DNA of 51,201 nt from Candidatus Woesearchaeota archaeon (GCA_018303445.1 JAGVYE010000046.1:1-51201), one strand, 5' to 3'; positions 1 through 9,387 are shown, counted from the stretch's first letter. A program made the numbers and translations. Notes: generated by a model not told the origin, from the sequence alone.

Positions 1-100
1 CACGCCAAAGCTTTTCTTCCTAGATAGGGAATCCTCGCTCCGTAGCGAAGCGGAGGAGTTGCCCCGCAGGGCAACCCTTTAGGGTGAGGAGGATGTCAAT

Positions 101-529
101 GTGAAAGACAAAAAAGCAGTTGCCATTTCTATCACCGAAGATTCTGTTGGAGATAATAAAGAAGTATTATTGTTAATCGATGCTGCTCGTAAAAGAGGTA
201 CGATAGCGAAAGCTCTTTTAGATGGAGCATATGATACATTCGAAATTTGGAATGGACTTCATGCGCGAGGAATTCGATCCCTGATACGACTGCGGAAAAA
301 CGCAGTCGTAAATAATAAATCTCCAACACGGTCGCAAGAGATCAAGTGCTACCAAGGAAATGAGAAAGAATGGGCCAAAGCGACTGGCTTTGGTCAGAGA
401 TGGCAAGCTGAAACTTTGTTCTCATCGTTTAAACGAAGATTTGGTGAGAATTGCACTGCAACGAGACCACAAAATGTAATACCTGAAATTCTATTTAAAG
501 CCATGTTGTGTAATTGGTTAATTAGCTAA
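101..529 (+). mobile_element. IS5/IS4-family DDE transposase, C-terminal fragment (N-terminal part missing or disrupted)
   Basis: Carries LLDGAYD (second catalytic D) and GQRWQAETLFSSFKRRFG (Y/R-x-x-R-x-x-x-E signature of DDE_Tnp_1). An in-frame stop lies at 80-82 and the upstream sequence is non-coding and hairpin-rich, so this is not a full-length transposase. Confidence 0.7.
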
Positions 530-657
530 TTCTTAGAGAAGTTGCAGAGACTCCTGCAAAGCAGAGTCGTGCAACATAGGAATTTATACTCGTTCTTTCA
601 TATATCACTCGCGTCTTTTTATTACGATTATTATGTACGCTCGCTATACATACCTCT

Positions 658-1377
658 TTACAGCCTAAATTTCTTTGCTAACTCCTGCGCTTCCTGCAAT
701 TGTTCAGGCGTGCCAATGTCCAGAATATAGTTGCTTTTTTCATATTCAAATGTCATTCCTTTATCGATGAGAGCTTGTAAAGCATCAGTAATCTCGTATT
801 CCCCCCGGGGACTGAGAGAGACGTGCTTACATTCTGGGATTATTTCTTTAGGAACAATATAAACACTAAAGTTCGCGAGATTAGAAGGAGGATGTAATGA
901 TTTTTCAATAATTTTTTTAACTTTCTTTCCTTCTACGGCGATAGTTCCATAACGTGAAGTGTCTTCAACTTCCTTAACCGTAAAAACTCCCTCAGATTGA
1001 TGTGAAAGCAAACGTTTCAGAAGATCTGTCTCAAAAAGGGAATCAATAGCCAGGAGAAAAAATCGTTCTTTTTTTATATAAGGTTCAACGTAGGGAAGGG
1101 CGTTGGCATTTCCCTTAAGCTCTTTCTGTTCAACAAACGTCAGTTTTACTCCAAAATGAGAACCGTCGCCAAAATGACTTATTACTGTATTTTTCAGATG
1201 ATGGACGACAACAATAATCTGGGTTATGCCGACAGTTTTTAGTTGTTCGATAAGAATTTGCAGCAAAGGCTTGCCATTAACTTTAATGAGGGCTTTGGTA
1301 GTATTATTAGTTAAAGGGCGGAGGCGTTTGCCTTCTCCTGCGGCTAGAATCACAGCTTCGGTTGGTTTTAAGATCAT
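658..1377 (-). CDS. sugar-1-phosphate nucleotidyltransferase (NTP_transferase family)
   Basis: N-terminal AVILAAGEGKRLRPLT (GxGxRL signature). About 240 aa, typical of single-domain sugar nucleotidyltransferases. ATG at 1377 chosen over the TTG at 1386. Confidence 0.8.
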   Translation of the reverse strand: MILKPTEAVILAAGEGKRLRPLTNNTTKALIKVNGKPLLQILIEQLKTVGITQIIVVVHHLKNTVISHFGDGSHFGVKLTFVEQKELKGNANALPYVEPYIKKERFFLLAIDSLFETDLLKRLLSHQSEGVFTVKEVEDTSRYGTIAVEGKKVKKIIEKSLHPPSNLANFSVYIVPKEIIPECKHVSLSPRGEYEITDALQALIDKGMTFEYEKSNYILDIGTPEQLQEAQELAKKFRL

Positions 1378-2041
1378 AGTCAGCAATAATTTTCTTGAGC
1401 TCGCGAAGTTTTGTGATGGAATAATCTACCTCGCCTGGAGAAGGGAAGTCGACCTTTCCTCTTCCCCAAAGGACATGAACTGTTTTCATGCCTAATTCTT
1501 TAGCTGGGAGGAGATCGGTTTTAAATTTATCGCCACAAACAATAATCTCGTGGGGAGGATAGGCTAAATCTTTTTGGATTATTAAATATTCTTTTTTCTT
1601 ATTATAATCACCAGTAAGAATAATTTTGCGGAAAACGGAAGGATCAATTTTTGCTTTCTTCATTTTCCCATATTGTTCTTCTTTCACCCCACTGGTTATA
1701 AGAACGAGATCGTGATGTTGGTCTCTTAGATACGTGAGAAGATCTAAGGCTCCTTCCAGAGCATGCACTGGAAAATTAAACTGTTTACCCCCATAATAAG
1801 TGTTCACACCAAGAGCGTAGATATTCTCGGAGGAATGGCACGGATTAAGAAAGCGGCGCAACGTTTCTTTGCCGTTCGTGGTAGTCTTATTAATTTCCAT
1901 TAATTGTTGAAAAGCAGCATCAAAAGAAGTTACTTTTAATCCCGCCTGAATCATTTTTTTCAAAGCGAGGCGGAATTTCACGGGCTGGCTGCAGCCGAAA
2001 GTATCGATTAGCGTGTCGTCTAAATCAAAGATGATTAACAA
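1307..2041 (-). CDS. HAD-superfamily hydrolase/phosphatase
   Basis: N-terminal IFDLDDTL (DxD motif I), ITSG (motif II) and CGDKFKTD (motif IV-like). TTG start. The 3' end overlaps the next gene by about 70 nt. Confidence 0.78.
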   Translation of the reverse strand: MLIIFDLDDTLIDTFGCSQPVKFRLALKKMIQAGLKVTSFDAAFQQLMEINKTTTNGKETLRRFLNPCHSSENIYALGVNTYYGGKQFNFPVHALEGALDLLTYLRDQHHDLVLITSGVKEEQYGKMKKAKIDPSVFRKIILTGDYNKKKEYLIIQKDLAYPPHEIIVCGDKFKTDLLPAKELGMKTVHVLWGRGKVDFPSPGEVDYSITKLRELKKIIADYDLKTNRSCDSSRRRRQTPPPFN

Positions 2042-2999
2042 TCTTCATCAGCTCGGCGGCAAGTTTATATGGATCATGGCGAATAAAGGCTCTGGTTTTA
2101 GCGATAGCGTCGCTTTTACTGTATTCTGATTCCTCAGTATCGAGAAGGTCAGCAGCAATAACACGCGAATCATTAATGAGGTCGTTGGCGATAAGGTCAG
2201 CTTCTTCCGCATAGGCGTCAAGCAGTTTTTTGGGAGGAGATTTATGGTTAATGAGAATATAATCAAAAAGATCCTTGCCGATAAAACGCCGCACTTCATT
2301 AAGATACTGCGATGCTTTAAATCCGGGAGTTTGGACTTTTTTATTCATGATATTAACGATAAAGATTTTTTTTGCTTTGGTTTCTCTTAGGGCCTTGCCT
2401 ACGCCTTCGACGAGAAGGTTGGGAATTAAACTGGTGTATAAACCACCTGGACCGAAGATGACAAGGTCAGCATTGCGAATTTCGTCAAGGGCCTGAGAGT
2501 GAGCTTTAGGAAAAGGTTCCAGATAGATGCTGCGATAATCAAGAAGACTCTCTTTAGCGAGAATAACCTCTTTTTCTCCCTTTAACTGCTTGCCATTTTT
2601 GAGAATCATGTGCAGGCGAACTTGATTGGTGGTAACAGGCAACACTTTTCCTTTAATGGAAAGGATTTTACCCGCTTCTTCAATTGATTTTTCAAAACTT
2701 CCCGTCACTTTTTCTAAAGCCGAAAGAAGAAGATTGCCAAAACTGTGCCCCTCCAAACCACCATTTTCAAAACGATAATTCATGAGATCACGCAATAGTC
2801 TGCTGGAATCAGAGAGAGCAACTAAACATTGACGCACATCGCCTGGAGGAAGAACGCCTAATTCATCTCTCAGAATGCCAGTCGAGCCTCCATCGTCGGC
2901 CATGGAGACGACGGCAGAGAGCTCCAGATCATATTTTTTTAATCCGTGAAGAACAGTAAAGTTACCGGTTCCGCCACCGATAACCACAATTTTTTTCAT
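2025..2999 (-). CDS. CofD/YvcK-family protein (UPF0052, 2-phospho-L-lactate transferase-like)
   Basis: MKKIVVIGGGTGNFTVLHGLK, then MADDGGSTG and GPGGLYTSLIPNL, all typical of the family. The start is trimmed to ATG 2999 because the longer ORF (to 3146) would overlap the uS2 gene. Confidence 0.8.
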   Translation of the reverse strand: MKKIVVIGGGTGNFTVLHGLKKYDLELSAVVSMADDGGSTGILRDELGVLPPGDVRQCLVALSDSSRLLRDLMNYRFENGGLEGHSFGNLLLSALEKVTGSFEKSIEEAGKILSIKGKVLPVTTNQVRLHMILKNGKQLKGEKEVILAKESLLDYRSIYLEPFPKAHSQALDEIRNADLVIFGPGGLYTSLIPNLLVEGVGKALRETKAKKIFIVNIMNKKVQTPGFKASQYLNEVRRFIGKDLFDYILINHKSPPKKLLDAYAEEADLIANDLINDSRVIAADLLDTEESEYSKSDAIAKTRAFIRHDPYKLAAELMKIVNHL

Positions 3000-3060
3000 A
3001 GGAAAAAGCGTGAGAAAGATGTTTTTAAACGTTGTGGAAGAAGATAGGTTAATTGAAGTT

Positions 3061-3666
3061 TTATTCTTCCATGAACTCTTCCATTTTCGCCGGCATTTCT
3101 TCATCTCCTTTGAGCACGCCTTTTTTCTTAAGGTATTCTCGCGCAATTAAGTAAAAGACGAGACCGACAGATTTTTTCCCTTTATTATTGCAGGGAACAA
3201 CTAAATCGATGTTATTCGATTGGTTGTTAGTATCGCAGAGAGCGATGATGGGAATACCTATTTTTGCCGCATCTTCTACAGCATTTTTATCCGGCCAGGG
3301 ATCGCAGACCAGGATAATTTTCGGTTCGATGAATGTTTCCAAGTTAGGATTTGTTAAAATTCCAGGAGGATACCTGCCAATGATAACTTTAATGCCTGTG
3401 AGCTCGTGAAGTTTCTTGAGTCCTTTCCAGCCATTTTCGCGGCGGCTGATAACAAGAATATCCTGAGGATCGTATTGGGAAAGAAAATTCGCGGCTATAC
3501 GTACTCTCTCGTCGATTTTTTTTAGGTTTAAAACACTCAGGCCGTCTGGTCGTGTTTTGTAAATAAAATTAGACATATACTTTGTTTTAAACTTAGTCCC
3601 GATGTGAATTCCAGATTTAAGATATTCGTTGGAATTGATGAGGAGGTTTTCCTCTTGTTCGACCAT
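3061..3666 (-). CDS. rps2: 30S ribosomal protein uS2 (archaeal/eukaryal type)
   Basis: YLKSGIHIGTKFKTKYMSNFIYKTRPDGLSVLNLKKIDERVRIAANFL and VCDPWPDKNAVEDAAKIGIPIIALCDTN match the archaeal S2/SA pattern. Confidence 0.93.
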   Translation of the reverse strand: MVEQEENLLINSNEYLKSGIHIGTKFKTKYMSNFIYKTRPDGLSVLNLKKIDERVRIAANFLSQYDPQDILVISRRENGWKGLKKLHELTGIKVIIGRYPPGILTNPNLETFIEPKIILVCDPWPDKNAVEDAAKIGIPIIALCDTNNQSNNIDLVVPCNNKGKKSVGLVFYLIAREYLKKKGVLKGDEEMPAKMEEFMEE

Positions 3667-3880
3667 TTTTTACTCCCACACAAACAAGAATAAGATGAAT
3701 TCTTGTCTGCGATTTTTTTTGCCTCACGCAGCATTGTCTCCCTCTAATATTGAGGGAGTGTTGGCTTTCATTTACGAAATTTGTCACAATATTTATAAAG
3801 ATTATGGTGATTAAGATAAAATTAATGGTGGAAAGTTTTTTAGGGCGGTTTGAAAATGATTTCTTCAGGGGGTGTTTATT

Positions 3881-4426
3881 ATGGATTATGTTACAAAAGG
3901 AGTTATGGCATTAGCAGTGATGGTTGGCGTGGCGGGATGTGCAACGCCACAGCAGGAAAGGCTTAAAGGCAGTGTTCTTGATGTTCCTGGCAAATGTTTG
4001 GATTATGATACTTTTGATGAGGACCAGCATCCAGACTGTAGAGCTATTTTAGGGAGAGAAACAGACCACTTAGGAGGAATTGACGACTTTCTGGATGATG
4101 TAAATGTTGGAGCTGCTCCTTCGCCTCATCCTGTTTTTCAAGGAAATAATCCTTATGGGATGATCAAGCGTTTAGGTGTTCCAGATACTCTGATCACCCC
4201 TCCAAGCGAATGGAATGAAAGGTGTTATGATACTTCACTTTCCAACCCAAACATTCTCACTGATGGATGCGGCTACCATCAAGGTGTTGATGAAAGTCAA
4301 ATAGAAATACTTTTAGACTATGCTCTTCCCGATGAAACTCATAAGAAGCCGATAGAAATAAAAAGTGAAGAGACGAGGACAGGCACGACGACGCAAAGCA
4401 TAACAATCATAGAACACGAAGAGTGA
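3881..4426 (+). CDS. predicted secreted lipoprotein, acidic and Cys-containing, function unknown
   Basis: Signal peptide ends in the lipobox-like VAGC. GGGGGTG lies 7 nt upstream of ATG 3881. Four further Cys are consistent with extracytoplasmic disulfides. Confidence 0.55.
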   Translation: MDYVTKGVMALAVMVGVAGCATPQQERLKGSVLDVPGKCLDYDTFDEDQHPDCRAILGRETDHLGGIDDFLDDVNVGAAPSPHPVFQGNNPYGMIKRLGVPDTLITPPSEWNERCYDTSLSNPNILTDGCGYHQGVDESQIEILLDYALPDETHKKPIEIKSEETRTGTTTQSITIIEHEE

Positions 4427-4454
4427 ATAGTGGACTTGGAGGATAGATAATAGT

Positions 4455-4488
4455 AAAAAAAAGTTTATTTTTTCTTTCTGTTTTTTTT
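4455..4488. terminator. bidirectional oligo-T/oligo-A tract between convergent lipoprotein genes
   Basis: A8 (4455-4462) is followed by T-rich runs including T8 (4481-4488). This gives an oligo-T signal on each strand after the stops at 4426 (+) and 4505 (-). Confidence 0.4.
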
Positions 4489-4504
4489 CAGAATATTTTG
4501 TTTT

Positions 4505-4750
4505 CTACCAATGCTGGATATACAAAATGTCTTTTCCATCCGCGTTTTCACAAATAAAATAATAACTTCGGTGCCGCGGCTCCACCCACTTTAATTTTAC
4601 ACAATCCTTAGGTAGGTAGGTTCCGAAAGCATCTTCTTTAATAGTATTATCCGATAGAGGTTTATCTGATCGAGGTGAAGAGCATCCACTTAAAAAACCA
4701 GCCAACCCCATAACCGCCATTCCTTGTTTTAAAGTTTTATTTATAACCAA
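4505..4750 (-). CDS. small predicted lipoprotein, function unknown
   Basis: N-terminus MVINKTLKQGMAVMGLAGFLSGCSS has a positive n-region, a hydrophobic core and a canonical LSGC lipobox. TTG start. Confidence 0.5.
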   Translation of the reverse strand: MVINKTLKQGMAVMGLAGFLSGCSSPRSDKPLSDNTIKEDAFGTYLPKDCVKLKWVEPRHRSYYFICENADGKDILYIQHW

Positions 4751-4824
4751 TTAACAGCACCCATTCTTTTTTAAATTTGACCAACCCCTGTTTATTATAC
4801 TGAAAGAACAAAATCATCGTAAAT

Positions 4825-5616
4825 TTATCGTCGTTCTTTCATAATATCCACCAACCCGTAATCATTAGAACCAATAACTACATCGCAAGTTCTAAAATCA
4901 TCATTCATTTCTAATGAACGTTTAAGGATTAGAACACCTTCTACTGGACTCCATTTCTGTCTCAGGTAAAATTTAGCCGTATTAATCATCTCATTTTCAG
5001 CCACGCCGTCAATCCGGAAAATTAATCTTCTCATGGAATGATCGCTAAGTAAAAGGCGTTCCAGAGCGGCTTGCTTCTGTTTAACTTCAGACAGAGCGTC
5101 AGTAAATCCTAAAAAACCTGCATAAGCTTCCACGATGGGCTGCAAATTCCTGGAAAGGTAGATTTTTTTTGCCGGAAGGACCTGATAAAATTCTTTTACA
5201 CCTCGGAATAAGGACCTAGCGATATATCTTTCATTAACCAACTTGGCCAGTTCCTGCTTTACTTTACTTTTCAACTCCCGCTGGTAATTAGGAGCCATGG
5301 GATTTCTAAGAACGGTGCGGTCATAAGCGCTAAAACGCCGTTCCCTAACCGTTTCCATAGCTGTTTCGCGGTCTTCACTGCTGAAAGCAGATGAAAATTC
5401 CAGGCCAGTCCAAAAGGCCCAACTAACTAATTTCAAGTGTCCAAAAGATGTTGAGGAAACACCTATTCTCTTCTTAGCCACATCTATAGCCGGGGAACCA
5501 TCAACATCGGTATGATCTAAATCAGAAAGGCAGTGACTTGCTGATAATAGAATCTTTTTAAGAACTTCTTCTGTAAGAGAATCCTTAACTGCGACGGTGG
5601 AGCGCAAAAGTTTCAT
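4825..5616 (-). CDS. hypothetical protein (no family recognised)
   Basis: Clean 263-aa ORF with an ATG start and an AT-rich upstream region. No motif recognised. Confidence 0.5.
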   Translation of the reverse strand: MKLLRSTVAVKDSLTEEVLKKILLSASHCLSDLDHTDVDGSPAIDVAKKRIGVSSTSFGHLKLVSWAFWTGLEFSSAFSSEDRETAMETVRERRFSAYDRTVLRNPMAPNYQRELKSKVKQELAKLVNERYIARSLFRGVKEFYQVLPAKKIYLSRNLQPIVEAYAGFLGFTDALSEVKQKQAALERLLLSDHSMRRLIFRIDGVAENEMINTAKFYLRQKWSPVEGVLILKRSLEMNDDFRTCDVVIGSNDYGLVDIMKERR

Positions 5617-5782
5617 GTGAATTTTAAGACCAATTTTAATTTTTTACTAAATTGGTTTGAATTAAATTTAAAGTTTTATTTAGCTTTAAGCACCAGAATC
5701 TTTAGGCCTGGTTCTTAACTTAAGATTTTTAAAGATTTAAGGAAAGGTTTTATTAAATTTATGAAAGAAAGGAGCGAAATAA

Positions 5783-6457
5783 TTACTTTACCTCTTCAAT
5801 CCCTTCCTGTACAATGTTAAATTTCAGCCCCTTTCCTTCCGGAAGAAAGCGATGCTTGCGTAAAATTAAGCCGCGGCAATGGGTATATTTCTGTACTTCA
5901 AGTAAACACTTGCTGCCATATTTCAACAAATCTCCGCCAACCATCTTTACCTGATCACGATTATCAAAATCAGTATACACTTGATTCGTAATCAGAACGG
6001 GAATTTTCTGAGAGCGGGTAATTTCCACGAGACAGGCTAATTGTTTTCCCAGAGCAGAATTTGTGTTATAGACGTCTTCATTTTTTCCTAATTCCAGACG
6101 ATAAAGCATAGAAATAGAATCAACGATAATAAGGCCGATTTGAGAAGTGATCATCTGAGGGAGAGTTTCAAAAACCTCTTTCTGTTTTTCAAAGGTAAGG
6201 GGATTGAAGAAAAGGAGGCGTTCCAAAACGTCTTTATAGTTTTGAGAAATCTGTTTAATTCTTTCAACGGCAATTCCCCCTTCAGTATCAATGAAGATAA
6301 CTTTCTTCCCAAGTTCAGCACTGGTGATGGCGGCAAGAAGACATAAATTCGTTTTTCCGCTGCCGGAAGGACCATAAATAGTAGTAACAACATCTGGATC
6401 GTATCCGCCCCCAAGGAAAGTGTTAAGGAATTCAGCGCCGGAAGAGATTTTTTTCAT
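5783..6457 (-). CDS. radB: RadB-like RecA-superfamily ATPase (DNA repair and recombination protein RadB)
   Basis: FLGGGYDPDVVTTIYGPSGSGKTNLCL (Walker A) and GLIIVDS (Walker B). About 224 aa with no N-terminal HhH domain, which fits RadB rather than RadA. Confidence 0.82.
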   Translation of the reverse strand: MKKISSGAEFLNTFLGGGYDPDVVTTIYGPSGSGKTNLCLLAAITSAELGKKVIFIDTEGGIAVERIKQISQNYKDVLERLLFFNPLTFEKQKEVFETLPQMITSQIGLIIVDSISMLYRLELGKNEDVYNTNSALGKQLACLVEITRSQKIPVLITNQVYTDFDNRDQVKMVGGDLLKYGSKCLLEVQKYTHCRGLILRKHRFLPEGKGLKFNIVQEGIEEVK

Positions 6458-6480
6458 ATCATTCTAGGAATAAGGAGTAC

Positions 6481-6492
6481 ATTTAAATATTT
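6481..6492. promoter_or_regulatory. palindromic TATA-like box in divergent intergenic region (radB / GT-C gene)
   Basis: ATTTAAATATTT lies 24-35 nt upstream of the radB ATG (6457). It could also drive the plus-strand gene, which would then start at ATG 6514 as a near-leaderless transcript. Confidence 0.4.
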
Positions 6493-6504
6493 TGGAGATG
6501 CCCT

Positions 6505-8007
6505 ATGCAGTTTATGGAAAGAAAGGAGTTATTTTTCATTTTAGGACTATGTCTTGTGGTTTTCATAGTACGGTTAGTATTAGCCTTTCTCGTTCCTAAC
6601 CTAACTTACGAATCTTATTTCCATGTCCGGCAAGTGGAACATATTCGAGAAACGGGCTTGCCTCTCTTTGAGGATGATCTTTCGTACGGCGGAAGAATAC
6701 ATCGCTTTCTGCCTTTTTTTCATTACTTTATGGCTTTCTTTACACTGTTCTTGCCTTTAGATTTAGTGACAAAAATTCTGCCTAATCTTCTCTTGGCGAT
6801 GCTTCCTTTCATTGTCTATCTCATCGCTAAAGAAATAACAACTAATAAACTGGCCCCTTTTTATTCGGCATTTATCACGGGATTTTTACCGATACTTTAC
6901 ACCCCTAATGCTTTTACGATAGAAACACTCTTCCTGCCGCTGCTGTTTTGCACGCTCTATATGTTTTTGCGTTTAGAACATAAACCTTATCTATATGGCT
7001 ACCTCTTTTTATTCCTTCTTCTTAGTGTCACCAGTCCAAATACTTATCTTTTACTTCTAGGTTTTGGAATTTACCTGCTTCTTTCCGTCATTGAAAAGAA
7101 AATTATCAATAAGGCGGAGATAGAATTAATCATCTTTTCTGTCTTTTTCTTTGTATGGATTCAGTTTCTCTTTTTTAAAGATCTGTTTTTGCAAGAAGGA
7201 TTGGCTTTTATCTGGCAAAACATACCTTCGCAGATTATTCAAGAATATTTCCCTAAATTATCAATTACGAAAGCTTTAGTGTTAGTAAGCATTATTCCTT
7301 TTCTTACGGGCATTTTTGTCGTCTATAGGTCTTTATTCGCATTAAAAAACTTGCGCTCCTTTTTACTGATAAGTTTTACCATTACCACGACGATCCTAGC
7401 TTGGTTTCGCTTGATTAAATTTGAATTTTCATTAGCATTTTTTGGCGTAATTTTAGCGATTTTTTTTGCCGTGTTCTATGAAGAATCAATAAATTACATT
7501 AAAAAAACGAAATTCCCCAAACTGCAGAAGTCCTTCTCCGTGGCAATGATATTGCTTCTGATGATAACGATGATTTTTCCTTCCTTCCAAGAGGCACTAC
7601 AGCAAGAGACGCCAAGTAATGAAGAACTACTGGCCTTTCACTGGATGGGAGAAAATCTTTCCGGCGAAGGGGGAGTTCTCGCCTTATTGGAAGAAGGCCA
7701 CTTAGTAACTTATCTTAGTAAAAGAAAAAATCTGATGGACGACCAATTTGTTCTTATCGACGATGTAGATCAGAGATTTAAAGATCTTACCATTCTTTAT
7801 ACTACTTCTTTCCAGACCCAAGCTTTTGATCTTTTTGACAAGTATCAAATCAGGTATATTGTGCTGACGCCGTTTGCCAAAAAAAAGTATGATCTCCAGA
7901 ATTTTCATTATCTCGCGCCGGGATGTTTCCGACGTTTATTTAAAGAAGAAATAAAAATTTATGAGGTGACCTGTTCATTAACTGAAACAAATAAAAATGC
8001 GCCCTGA
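6505..8007 (+). CDS. polytopic GT-C-fold membrane glycosyltransferase, STT3/AglB-like paralog lacking WWDxG
   Basis: More than 10 predicted TM helices. YESYFHVRQ follows TM1 (compare the D/E-x-Y-x-x-R loop of STT3). The C-terminal soluble domain has LLEEGHLVTYLSKRKNLMDD in register with AglB WWDFGHWFQSIPERRVTFDG. Alternative start at 6514. Confidence 0.6.
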   Translation: MQFMERKELFFILGLCLVVFIVRLVLAFLVPNLTYESYFHVRQVEHIRETGLPLFEDDLSYGGRIHRFLPFFHYFMAFFTLFLPLDLVTKILPNLLLAMLPFIVYLIAKEITTNKLAPFYSAFITGFLPILYTPNAFTIETLFLPLLFCTLYMFLRLEHKPYLYGYLFLFLLLSVTSPNTYLLLLGFGIYLLLSVIEKKIINKAEIELIIFSVFFFVWIQFLFFKDLFLQEGLAFIWQNIPSQIIQEYFPKLSITKALVLVSIIPFLTGIFVVYRSLFALKNLRSFLLISFTITTTILAWFRLIKFEFSLAFFGVILAIFFAVFYEESINYIKKTKFPKLQKSFSVAMILLLMITMIFPSFQEALQQETPSNEELLAFHWMGENLSGEGGVLALLEEGHLVTYLSKRKNLMDDQFVLIDDVDQRFKDLTILYTTSFQTQAFDLFDKYQIRYIVLTPFAKKKYDLQNFHYLAPGCFRRLFKEEIKIYEVTCSLTETNKNAP

Positions 8008-9352
8008 TTTATTTGGAGATAGAACACGAATTTTTCAGTATTTTGTAAGAAGAAGAGTGATGTTCTTTTTTCTTCTTCTCGCCGTGGTCCTGATGGTGCC
8101 GATAGGGCAGAATATCGCCGCAGGAGAATTAATGATACGAGGAGAAGAAAGTTATTACCACCTTGTCAAAGCACAGGAAGCGCAGTGGTATGAGGCCCAG
8201 TATTTGCCCTTAACTTGGACCCTCAAAATTTTGCCAGAAAAAGGGTTGATTTTCCTGCTTTTTGTCATGACCTTTGCTTCACTCGCTATGTATTTCATAC
8301 TGGAAAGAAGATTAAAAATTGAACCTTCCGCCAGTTCCTGTTTTCTCTTTTTCCTGATTCTTTCGCCAGCCTTCATTGCCGCTTATGGAACTCTTTCTAC
8401 GGCCGCTTTTTTCACGTTTCTCATTCTCTGCGGCTTCTTCTTTCTCACCTCGAGAAAAAAGATGCGATTTCTGGCCATTTTACCTTTTTCTTTAGCCGTG
8501 CTTTTTGAGATCTTTTATTTTATGCTTACCATAAGTCTTATCGCCGCCTACCTTCACCGTCGGAAAGAAAGATTCAAAAAAGAAAAAGACTGGAGTGTTT
8601 TTTTTGTCCCTTTGGTAATAATCATCTTATTCACCATTGCTTTGATGGGGCATGAACCTCCTCTAATGTTAGGACCGTTTGACAACGAAGGAGGTTTTAC
8701 GAATATCATTTCTGATTTTGGCAGTAGTGGAGGAATAAGTTTCTTGGTGTTGCTTTTAGCCTTCGTAGGAGCAATGATAGCAGGGAAACATCCTCTTCTT
8801 TATTCTTCCTATTTTTTTCTTCTCTTTGTTATTCTCGCCTATGTTGTAAATGGCCGAGTATTGTTTTTTCTGTCCTTACTTCTTATTTTTTTTGCAACGA
8901 GAGGTTTTATCACTCTGTTTGAATGGCGATGGAATTTCTCAACGCTAAAAAAGTTCACGGCTTGGCTGCTGTTGCTAGGAGTACTTTTTTCGTTCACAAC
9001 ATTTTTGGACAGATTTAACAGTCTCCCCCCCAGCGCAGAGGAAAAATCAACGCTTCTCTGGATTGAAGACCATACCAGCAAAAAAGAAATTGTTTTCTCA
9101 ATGAAAGAGAATGAATATTTTATCCGTTACTTTGCAAAAAGAAGTGTAGTCTCTGATCCTAAAATCCTGGCCGCGACGTATATTAATGAGTTATTTCCTT
9201 TATTAGAGGAAAACAATATTTCCATCATTTACATTACAAAAGATATGAGACGAAAACTTACTGAAGAACAAGGATTCTTATTTCTTCTTAAAAACGAAAG
9301 ATTTAAATTGGCCCATGCCTCTAAAGAGGCAGAAGTGTGGTTGTTTCGATAG
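7997..9352 (+). CDS. polytopic GT-C-fold membrane glycosyltransferase, STT3/AglB-like paralog lacking WWDxG
   Basis: Multi-TM protein. GEESYYHLVKA follows TM1. The C-terminal MKENEYFIRYFAKRSVVSD is in register with the AglB WWDFGH...R....D segment. Overlaps the upstream stop by 11 nt. Confidence 0.6.
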   Translation: MRPDLFGDRTRIFQYFVRRRVMFFFLLLAVVLMVPIGQNIAAGELMIRGEESYYHLVKAQEAQWYEAQYLPLTWTLKILPEKGLIFLLFVMTFASLAMYFILERRLKIEPSASSCFLFFLILSPAFIAAYGTLSTAAFFTFLILCGFFFLTSRKKMRFLAILPFSLAVLFEIFYFMLTISLIAAYLHRRKERFKKEKDWSVFFVPLVIIILFTIALMGHEPPLMLGPFDNEGGFTNIISDFGSSGGISFLVLLLAFVGAMIAGKHPLLYSSYFFLLFVILAYVVNGRVLFFLSLLLIFFATRGFITLFEWRWNFSTLKKFTAWLLLLGVLFSFTTFLDRFNSLPPSAEEKSTLLWIEDHTSKKEIVFSMKENEYFIRYFAKRSVVSDPKILAATYINELFPLLEENNISIIYITKDMRRKLTEEQGFLFLLKNERFKLAHASKEAEVWLFR

Positions 9353-9387
9353 TAGAATATTCGTGAAAAGTGCTGGTGTTGAGGGTA

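Noticed and set aside
658-2999. Reading the nucleotidyltransferase plus CofD-like pair as F420 biosynthesis (CofC/CofD)
   Set aside because: The nucleotidyltransferase has the sugar-1-phosphate GxGxRL signature and size, not a CofC-like sequence. CofD-like/YvcK proteins are widespread outside F420 producers. No other cof genes are visible.
3000-3146. N-terminal 49-codon extension of the CofD/YvcK-like ORF
   Set aside because: It would overlap the 3' end of the uS2 gene by 86 nt and encodes Lys/Ser-rich junk. The conserved family N-terminus MKKIVVIGGGTG starts at ATG 2999.
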